Source of the DNA: the human T2T-CHM13v2.0 reference genome, Homo sapiens
Reading direction: 5' to 3' (one strand)
DNA: 64,000 nucleotides
Assembly: GCF_009914755.1 (NCBI RefSeq)
Contig: NC_060928.1
The notes under the pieces were generated by a model, which had not been told where the DNA came from, did no database searches, and saw nothing but the letters and a program-made list of their open reading frames with translations. Each line of letters begins with the position of its first letter. Within the stretch, counting starts at the first letter, position 1. Positions 26,121-35,884 of this stretch are shown here, one piece after another. A program made the position numbers and the translations under genes.

Positions 26121-29100
26121 GAGAATACCCTTTCCTGGAATAATGTTGCTAATGCCTTACGAATTGAGGAATATAATTAACCTAGCCTTTGCCACCTGGA
26201 GTCTAAAACATGACAAAAACATAATTTCATACATTTAATTAAATAATGATGGCAAATGTGTATAGATCATAACAAATTGTTACAGAGCTATTTGTTTTAA
26301 CGTATGTTCTAAGGTTCAAATGAGGTATTCTCTGGTTTCTTTCATATTTGGACATAAAAATATGTCCCCCACAGTCTATTAACATCGGGGAATATCTTCC
26401 TCTTCAGAACTTTATTAAAAGCTTTGACTAAACAACACTTTTCACACAAGCCTTTGGTAGAAAAGCACAGATAAACTTAACTTTTTTTTTTTGAAAGGCA
26501 ATTAATTAAAGAAAATGTACAATGAGAAATGATTCTTACACTAACTGTTTATTAATGTGTTCCATTATAATATCTACCTAGTAATGTATTCCATGGCTTT
26601 TTTGCATATTTCATGCATACAATGATCTCTATATGTCTTTACTTTCTTTCATTTACTTTTGGAGAGGGATCCATGTTATTTATCATGCATGATTTACTTT
26701 TTGGGAGGGCATCCATTTTTTAACATGCATGATATTACAGGTTGAAATGCAAAAGAGAAAAGTAACAACAAAATACCTTTGTCTTTTATTAAAACCATGC
26801 TCTATATCTTACCTTAAATTGTGTACCTATCTATACATAGATTGTAAATTCATGTATAGGTTTTATCTATAAATGAATATGTTACTTTAAAGTAGTCATC
26901 ATGCGAAAAGTTTCTACTTGTTAAAATAACCACACTATTGGCTAAATAATTTTCGATAATCCTCTTTTGAAATTGTCCAAAAAATTTTTATGTACTCTAT
27001 CTCTCTATATATTTTCTGTATTAGTTTATTTTGCCATATCTTGTTTTGTAAAACTAAAATGTATACATATTGCACTGATTGAATACTTTCCATTTCACAG
27101 AATGAATGATCTTCACCTGTTTCCCAAATTAAATTCACTCATATATAATGCAAATGTAATACTATTGACACTAAATCTGAAGTTTATCCCACAGGCAAAA
27201 AAAAAACAAGCAAACCAACAAAAGTCCATGATCTCCTACAACAAGTATCTGAATGATTTCTTTCTGTTTATTTCTCTATAAATACTTGAATAATAGTGCA
27301 TTAGGAAACAAAATAAAACAAAACAGTAATATTCTCTTAAAATCACACAGACATGATTTGTAAAAATTTGTAAAAATTTATTTGCCACTTTAGTTAATCT
27401 ACAAATATTTTTTGGCTAAATTATACCAAAAATAATGGTGTTAGGATTGTAACTTAAGAAAAATACGATTTTTGAAAAACAGGCTTAAATGTCTCTAAAA
27501 AGTCTAGAGTCTAATGTTTTCAAGTTTTAAAATACATAAATGGTTAAATTTAACTTTTTTGTCTGTTTCCAGTTAACTCATTACATTACAGTAGAGGAAT
27601 ATGTAGAACTTAGCTTTTTAACCTAAACAGAGGAATTGGTGATAGCTTTAGAAATCATGTTTCCATAAATCAGTTTTGAGTTACAGGCTGCCTGCATCAT
27701 CAAGACTTGAATTTGCTGTCTGTCCTACTATTCTTGATTTTTTCTTTTTTACTCTAAATAAGAAAGGCACTAGGAAAGTCTTAGAGATCGTTTTCTTTGC
27801 TGCTATCCCTAGGCAAGAAGCAGGAATTAGCCTTGTAATCCGATCCTTTTAGTCTCTGCATTTAATTTTAAGCAAGAAACCAGGAGACTAAAGATGTAAG
27901 ACTGACGTAGAACAGCAGAGGGCAGTATTTACTCATGACTGAACCCTCTCTGGGCGCAGAAAGTTTTACGTTTGTGAGGGATCCTTGTGGCAGAAATGTA
28001 TGACATATGCCCTGTATTTGCATTGTTTGGCTTGAATTCTTATTTTCTAGGTTGGTTCCCTTAAAGGGGAAAAATATCGATCTGATTCCTAGTAACGTTT
28101 TTCTTCTTTTAAAGAAACGATGCATGCCACCACAAAAATTAACTGCAGTGAATAGTGGGTGAGTTGATCTGAGTGCATTAAGTGGCATGTGGGTATTTTT
28201 AAAAACTTAAGCTTAAATATTATTGTATTTATTTCTACTTTCTCCTATCTATTTCTCCCAGACTGAAAAGCAAAATAAAACTTTATTAGGTTTCCTTTGA
28301 CTAAAAAATGTGGAGGTGGAAATACTCCATCAGGGATCAAAATTCCAAACTAACTTTGCAACAGGAAAAGATCTCCCTCTTTTCAAAGGGCTGCCATTAT
28401 TATTGTTGTTGAAACCCTAAGGTTTGGGCTACTGGCACCTGGAATCCAGTTGGGAAAGAAAACAAAACAAACACTGAGTTCCCCTGGCCTTTCCTATAGT
28501 AGGAAGTCCAAAGTGCCCTTGCTACGGAGGCCTCCTGCCCCCTAGTCACCTGGAAGGTGGGGGAGAGGGGCAAGTGAGTGAAGATTTAGAGTTTAGCTCG
28601 CCCTAGACAGCAGGGAGCCCACTGTGTAGAAAGAGGAGCAAAGGGGAGGATTTGATTTGGATTCTGTGGGATCACACTGTATGGCAGCTCTATCCCTTGC
28701 ATAAAGAGAGAAGGGGCAGGAAATGGTTAAAGCAAATCTGCACTGTGCATTCCCAGACAGGCTTTGCTTAATCCTTCCTCCCCGCTTTAACAGACCCTCA
28801 CCCCCCGCCTTTCTTTTATTTCTCTCGACCCCCTTACCCCTGAGTTATTACTAGCATAACAACCTAACGGTCTTCCCCCAGACCCTGCCACTAAAGTTAT
28901 TTATCTGCAAACCTGACCCCACCCCCATCTATTCTGCGGCAGCCTTTTGCTGTTATTGCTCTGACGCCGGCCAAGATTTGGCCGAAAAGGAAAAAAAAAA
29001 AAAAAAAAGAAAAGAAAAAAAATCACCCCCCTTTTTAGCGCCTCCGCCTCGCTGTGCTCCCACACCAGACCGCCTACAGCCCTCCGGGAGGCTGAAGTGA

Positions 29101-29129
29101 TTAGCATCCCGAGAAGCCAGTCGGAGGCC

Positions 29130-29255
29130 GGGCAAGGCGGAGGGCGCTCGCGGTAGGAGTGCCGGTCGGGGCTGCTTCAGCTCCGGCCCAATGGGGCTGG
29201 GGCGAGGGAGGGGCAGAAGGTGACAGGACTGGGAGCTAGGGGGAGTCCAGGCGAA
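29130..29255 (+). promoter_or_regulatory. Proximal promoter: CCAAT box (29188-29192) and GC/Sp-like boxes, TATA-less
   Basis: GGCCCAATGGGG, GGGGCGAGG and GGCGGAGGGCG motifs at the 5' edge of the island. The TSS is inferred ~60 bp downstream of the CCAAT box. Confidence 0.6.
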
Positions 29256-29352
29256 CTAAAGTGCGGGGATCAATGAGTGTCGAGCAAAGTTTCTGAGTGC
29301 TGCTCCAGCTCGCGGTCTTCCCTCCCCCTCTGTTTGTGTTTCGGCGACGCGC

Positions 29353-29395
29353 TGTGTGTGTGTGTGTGCGTGTGTATGTGTGTGTGTGTGCATGC
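29353..29395. repeat. (TG)n-type alternating purine-pyrimidine tract, 43 bp
   Basis: TGTGTGTGTGTGTGTGCGTGTGTATGTGTGTGTGTGTGCATGC, with unbroken alternation. Confidence 0.95.
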
Positions 29396-29950
29396 CTGTG
29401 CGGCGGGGAAGGGGCGGGGAGAGTGTGAGGGACCAGGCGGGAGGTGGAGAAGGGCTCGCGGAGCCCTAGCTCCACCGCAGTCCAACCTTCGGCCCCGGCC
29501 GGCGAGAGGGAGAGCGCTGACAGGCGCCGTCCGGAGCTGCGGAGGGCGTCACTACAGCCCAGCGCCGACTTCGCCGCCTCCGCTGCCAACTGTGAAGGAG
29601 AGAGAGGCATCAACCACCCCCCGCCCCAAACAAAAAGCCTTGTGGATTACAAAGTGAAACTGACACGGGACAATAAAAGCAGAGATAGCGAGGGCAGGGG
29701 CGAGGCGCGCTAGAGTGGGCTTCTGACTGGGGCCGCCGGAGAACGACCCCCCCTGGCATGGTGAGGGGAGGGCGACTCGGGGACCGCACGCTGTTTCTGC
29801 CCGACCCCTGCGAGGCCGAGAAGAAAGGGGAAACTGCGTTCGATTTGGATGTACAAATAATGGGTCGGCAGGCGCCCCGGCAGAGGTGAAAAATGCCGAG
29901 GAGCCCTGGCTGTTGTTTGTGCCGGACCACGGGCTTGAAGCCGCAACAGG

Positions 29951-29968
29951 GGCGGCGGCGGCGGCGGC
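29951..29968 (+). repeat. (GGC)6 trinucleotide repeat in the 5' UTR
   Basis: GGCGGCGGCGGCGGCGGC. Confidence 0.95.
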
Positions 29969-30275
29969 TGCAGGAGGGGAAGGGGCAGAGTTGAGCGCTC
30001 CCGGGTACGGGAGCCAGAGCGCGAACGCTAGCGCTTGGAACGCAGTTCCCGAACTGCCTGCGCGCAGACGCCGCCGCCTGGGCCTCAGCGGCCACTGCCG
30101 GCGCCCTGTTGGAGGGGCGTTGCAGCCTGGTTTTTGAGGAGTGGGGACTCCAGGAATTCCATCGCCTCCAGCTTTTGGGAAAGAAATTCGATTCTCCCGG
30201 TTCCCCACCACCCCTTCCCCGGTGCGCAGTTGTGCTTGGACGTTTGTTCCTCCCTCTTCACGTTCTTCGCTGCGG

Positions 30276-30697
30276 GTAAGTTCTAAAGTTTCTGAAGACC
30301 GTTCTTTGCAATGATTCCTCATATACCTTAGATACAGGCAACTTCTCCCAACTCTCATCCACCCGGGTGAAAACGCTCAGACTATCTGGATTCAAAAACA
30401 AAGTAAAAGGGGGCATATATAAGAGGCTTGAGAAACTTTTCTGGGAACTCAGCTCACAGGAGTGTCCCGCGGAATGCCCTGCCGCTTTTCGCCACAGCAT
30501 CTCTCTTGCACTCCGCGTTCAACTGGCTACCTAGAGTCTTTTGCTGATGCTACTTGCTTTTGCCGGACTGGAGGTTCTTTGAAATAGCAGAGGTCTCAGA
30601 CCAAGCCGTCAGCTGAATCTTTGCTGGCGCTCCTTAATCCCTGTAAATATCATTGCGTTTGCTTCACCCCTTCCTTCTCTTTATCACATCGTTTTAG
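30276..30697 (+). other. FAT4: FAT4 intron 1 (422 bp)
   Basis: GTAAGT donor, branch-like CTTCAC at ~30662-30667, polypyrimidine tract, and TTTTAG acceptor ending at 30697. Confidence 0.8.
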
Positions 30698-30709
30698 GGA
30701 GCCAGGACC

Positions 30710-33700
30710 ATGGACTTAGCACCAGACAGGGCTACTGGCCGCCCGTGGCTCCCGTTGCACACTCTATCAGTATCTCAGCTCCTTCGAGTGTTTTGGCTAC
30801 TGTCATTGCTTCCGGGGCAGGCCTGGGTCCACGGGGCCGAGCCGCGCCAGGTGTTCCAAGTGCTGGAAGAGCAACCTCCAGGCACTCTGGTAGGCACCAT
30901 CCAGACGCGCCCCGGCTTCACCTACAGGCTCAGCGAAAGCCACGCCCTGTTTGCCATAAACAGTAGCACCGGAGCCCTGTACACCACCTCCACCATCGAC
31001 CGCGAGAGCCTGCCCAGCGACGTGATCAACCTGGTGGTCCTTTCCAGCGCGCCCACCTACCCCACCGAAGTGCGAGTGCTGGTGCGGGACCTCAATGACA
31101 ACGCCCCCGTTTTCCCGGACCCCTCTATCGTGGTCACTTTCAAGGAAGACAGTAGCAGCGGACGCCAAGTCATCTTAGACACCGCCACCGACTCGGACAT
31201 CGGCTCAAACGGTGTGGACCACCGCTCCTACCGCATCATCCGCGGCAATGAGGCGGGGCGCTTCCGTCTGGACATCACCCTGAACCCGAGCGGCGAGGGA
31301 GCGTTCCTGCATCTGGTGTCCAAGGGCGGACTGGACCGTGAGGTCACTCCGCAGTACCAGCTCCTGGTTGAGGTGGAGGACAAGGGTGAGCCTAAGCGGC
31401 GGGGCTACCTTCAGGTAAACGTGACTGTGCAAGACATTAATGACAACCCCCCGGTTTTTGGCAGTTCTCACTACCAGGCGGGGGTGCCTGAGGACGCGGT
31501 TGTGGGTTCCAGCGTCCTCCAGGTGGCGGCGGCGGACGCGGACGAGGGCACCAACGCGGACATCCGCTATCGCCTGCAGGACGAGGGGACCCCCTTCCAA
31601 ATGGACCCTGAGACGGGACTTATCACGGTGCGGGAGCCCCTGGACTTCGAAGCTCGGCGCCAATACTCGCTTACGGTGCAGGCGATGGACAGAGGCGTGC
31701 CTTCCCTCACTGGGCGCGCCGAGGCGCTGATTCAGCTGCTGGACGTGAATGACAATGACCCGGTAGTGAAGTTCCGCTACTTCCCGGCCACCTCGCGCTA
31801 CGCCTCGGTAGATGAGAATGCTCAAGTGGGCACCGTGGTGGCTCTGCTCACCGTGACGGACGCAGATTCTCCCGCGGCCAACGGGAACATCTCCGTGCAA
31901 ATTCTCGGGGGCAATGAGCAGCGCCACTTTGAAGTGCAAAGCAGCAAAGTGCCGAACCTGAGCCTAATCAAGGTGGCCAGCGCCTTGGACCGCGAGCGCA
32001 TCCCTTCCTACAACCTCACAGTTTCCGTCTCTGATAACTACGGGGCGCCCCCTGGCGCAGCAGTCCAGGCGCGCTCTTCTGTGGCAAGCCTGGTGATTTT
32101 TGTTAATGACATCAATGACCATCCTCCTGTCTTTTCACAGCAAGTGTACAGAGTGAACCTGAGCGAGGAGGCGCCTCCGGGAAGCTATGTGAGTGGGATA
32201 TCTGCCACTGATGGCGACTCTGGTCTCAATGCTAATCTGCGTTACAGCATTGTCTCTGGCAATGGACTGGGATGGTTCCATATCAGTGAACATAGCGGCC
32301 TCGTGACCACTGGGTCCTCTGGGGGCCTGGACCGTGAACTTGCTTCCCAGATTGTTCTGAATATAAGTGCCCGGGACCAGGGAGTTCACCCCAAGGTGTC
32401 CTATGCCCAGCTTGTAGTAACTCTCCTAGATGTGAATGATGAAAAGCCAGTATTTAGCCAGCCAGAAGGGTATGATGTGTCTGTGGTTGAGAATGCCCCA
32501 ACAGGGACAGAACTGTTGATGCTCAGGGCAACTGACGGGGACCTGGGTGACAACGGAACAGTGCGCTTCTCCTTACAAGAGGCAGAGACTGACCGGAGGT
32601 CCTTCCGTCTGGATCCTGTGTCTGGGAGGTTGAGTACTATTTCCTCCTTGGACAGAGAAGAGCAAGCCTTCTACTCCCTGTTGGTTCTGGCCACAGATCT
32701 GGGCTCCCCTCCCCAGTCATCAATGGCTCGCATAAATGTGAGTCTTCTGGATATAAATGATAACAGCCCTGTCTTCTACCCGGTCCAATACTTTGCTCAC
32801 ATTAAGGAGAATGAGCCTGGAGGTAGCTACATCACCACTGTGTCTGCCACTGACCCAGACTTGGGTACCAATGGTACTGTCAAATATAGCATATCTGCTG
32901 GGGACAGGTCTCGGTTTCAGGTCAATGCTCAGAGTGGGGTTATTTCTACAAGAATGGCCCTAGACAGAGAAGAAAAAACAGCTTATCAGTTGCAAATAGT
33001 AGCTACTGATGGTGGCAATTTACAATCTCCCAACCAGGCAATAGTAACCATCACTGTATTGGACACTCAAGACAACCCACCTGTATTCAGTCAGGTTGCC
33101 TACAGCTTTGTGGTTTTTGAGAACGTGGCGCTGGGATATCATGTGGGTAGTGTGTCTGCATCCACCATGGATCTCAATTCCAACATCAGTTATCTCATTA
33201 CTACTGGGGATCAGAAAGGTATGTTTGCTATCAACCAGGTCACTGGGCAGCTTACCACAGCAAATGTGATTGATAGAGAAGAGCAATCCTTTTATCAGCT
33301 GAAGGTAGTGGCCAGTGGGGGCACAGTGACTGGAGACACTATGGTTAACATAACAGTTAAGGATTTGAATGACAACTCTCCCCATTTCCTTCAGGCAATA
33401 GAGAGTGTAAATGTGGTGGAGAATTGGCAGGCAGGTCACAGCATTTTCCAGGCCAAAGCTGTGGACCCTGATGAAGGTGTCAATGGCATGGTACTCTATA
33501 GTCTGAAGCAAAACCCCAAGAACCTGTTTGCTATCAATGAAAAGAATGGCACTATTAGTCTGCTTGGGCCCCTGGATGTTCATGCTGGCTCCTACCAAAT
33601 AGAGATCTTGGCATCTGACATGGGTGTCCCACAGCTCTCCTCTAGTGTCATCCTAACAGTTTATGTCCATGATGTAAATGACAATTCACCAGTGTTTGAC

Positions 33701-35884
33701 CAACTCTCTTATGAAGTCACCCTTTCTGAGTCAGAACCTGTGAATTCTCGATTCTTTAAAGTACAAGCTTCTGATAAGGATTCAGGAGCAAATGGTGAAA
33801 TTGCATACACCATTGCTGAAGGAAATACAGGGGATGCTTTTGGCATATTCCCAGATGGTCAATTGTATATAAAAAGTGAACTGGACCGTGAACTTCAAGA
33901 CAGATATGTTTTAATGGTTGTTGCTTCTGACAGAGCAGTGGAACCCCTTAGTGCTACTGTGAATGTTACTGTAATTTTAGAAGATGTAAATGATAACAGA
34001 CCTCTTTTTAACAGTACCAATTACACATTTTACTTCGAAGAAGAGCAGAGGGCTGGGTCGTTTGTGGGCAAAGTAAGTGCTGTAGATAAAGACTTTGGGC
34101 CAAATGGAGAAGTAAGGTATTCTTTTGAAATGGTGCAGCCAGATTTTGAGTTGCATGCCATCAGTGGGGAAATTACAAATACTCATCAGTTTGACAGGGA
34201 GTCTCTTATGAGGCGGAGAGGGACTGCTGTGTTTAGCTTTACAGTCATAGCAACAGATCAGGGGATCCCTCAGCCTCTCAAGGATCAGGCCACTGTACAT
34301 GTTTACATGAAGGATATAAATGATAATGCTCCCAAATTTTTAAAAGACTTTTACCAAGCTACAATATCAGAATCAGCAGCCAATCTGACACAAGTGTTAA
34401 GAGTATCTGCCTCAGATGTTGATGAAGGTAATAATGGACTTATTCACTATTCTATAATAAAAGGAAATGAAGAAAGACAGTTTGCTATAGACAGTACCTC
34501 TGGTCAGGTAACACTAATTGGCAAATTAGACTATGAAGCAACACCTGCCTATTCCCTTGTAATTCAAGCAGTGGATTCAGGGACAATCCCCCTCAATTCA
34601 ACGTGTACTTTAAATATTGATATTTTAGATGAAAATGACAATACCCCTTCTTTCCCTAAATCAACACTCTTTGTTGATGTTTTGGAAAACATGAGAATTG
34701 GTGAACTCGTGTCCTCTGTTACTGCAACTGATTCCGATTCAGGTGACAATGCTGATTTATATTACAGTATTACTGGGACTAACAACCACGGAACTTTTAG
34801 CATTAGCCCAAACACTGGGAGTATTTTTCTTGCCAAAAAACTGGACTTTGAAACACAGTCTTTGTATAAATTAAATATAACAGCAAAAGACCAAGGAAGA
34901 CCTCCTCGTTCATCTACAATGTCAGTGGTTATTCACGTGAGGGACTTTAATGACAATCCTCCTAGCTTTCCTCCTGGAGATATTTTCAAGTCTATTGTTG
35001 AGAACATTCCCATTGGTACATCTGTCATTTCAGTGACTGCACATGACCCTGATGCAGACATTAATGGTCAACTATCCTACACAATCATTCAACAGATGCC
35101 AAGAGGCAACCACTTTACCATAGATGAAGTCAAAGGGACTATATATACTAATGCTGAAATAGATCGGGAATTTGCTAATCTCTTTGAGTTGACTGTAAAA
35201 GCCAATGATCAAGCTGTGCCAATAGAAACTAGACGGTATGCTTTGAAGAACGTGACCATTTTGGTTACAGACCTCAATGACAATGTCCCAATGTTTATAT
35301 CACAAAACGCCCTTGCTGCAGACCCATCAGCTGTGATTGGTTCCGTTCTGACAACAATTATGGCTGCTGACCCAGATGAAGGTGCTAATGGAGAAATAGA
35401 GTATGAGATCATCAATGGGGACACAGACACCTTCATTGTTGATCGTTATAGTGGAGACCTGAGAGTGGCTTCAGCGTTGGTGCCTTCACAGTTGATCTAC
35501 AATCTCATAGTTTCAGCAACAGACCTTGGGCCTGAAAGGAGGAAATCGACCACTGAATTGACCATCATTCTTCAGGGCCTTGATGGACCTGTTTTTACTC
35601 AACCCAAATATATAACTATTTTGAAGGAAGGAGAACCCATTGGCACAAACGTGATATCAATAGAAGCAGCTAGCCCCAGAGGATCTGAGGCCCCAGTGGA
35701 GTATTATATTGTTTCAGTTCGTTGTGAAGAAAAAACTGTTGGACGCCTCTTTACTATTGGACGACATACTGGTATAATTCAGACCGCAGCCATTCTGGAC
35801 CGGGAGCAAGGAGCATGTCTTTACCTGGTGGATGTTTATGCCATAGAAAAATCAACTGCTTTTCCCAGAACACAGAGAGCAGAG
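30710..35884 (+). CDS. FAT4: Protocadherin Fat 4, first coding exon: signal peptide plus cadherin repeats EC1-EC15 and most of EC16 (1725 codons); the CDS continues beyond the window
   Basis: 1729-aa ORF starting MDLAPDRATGRPWLPLHTLSVSQLLRVFWLLSLL, with a Kozak ACCATGG and tandem LDRE/DxNDN/AxDxD cadherin motifs. The donor GAG|GTAATG at 35884/35885 is phase 0. The last four ORF residues (VMIL) are intronic read-through. Confidence 0.97.

Larger units (their letters stand above)
29253..30275 (+). other. FAT4: FAT4 non-coding first exon (5' UTR); start approximate
   Basis: Strong donor CGG|GTAAGT at 30275/30276, within the CpG island. Consistent with the recalled FAT4 structure of a non-coding exon, a short intron and a giant coding exon. 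The TSS is not directly visible. Confidence 0.7.
28950..32100. promoter_or_regulatory. CpG island spanning the FAT4 promoter, exon 1 and the first ~1.4 kb of coding sequence
   Basis: Sharp rise in GC content and CpG density against the AT-rich background. Confidence 0.9.

Noticed and set aside
25733-26238. Lys/Glu/Arg-rich and Phe/Leu/Pro-rich ORFs
   Set aside because: They are translations of the GA low-complexity tract.
29552-30358. 268-aa antisense ORF and other overlapping ORFs in the CpG island
   Set aside because: Low-complexity Ala/Arg/Pro/Gly translations are expected from stop-poor GC-rich DNA. There is no recognisable domain and no supporting splice or poly(A) structure.
34200-34225. 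Basic RRR insertion in EC11 as a furin site
   Set aside because: LMRRRG lacks the P4 arginine of the R-x-x-R consensus.
30745-35436. Alternative-frame and antisense ORFs within the FAT4 exon (e.g. 31205-31939, 33020-33598)
   Set aside because: These are shadow ORFs arising from codon bias of the real reading frame.
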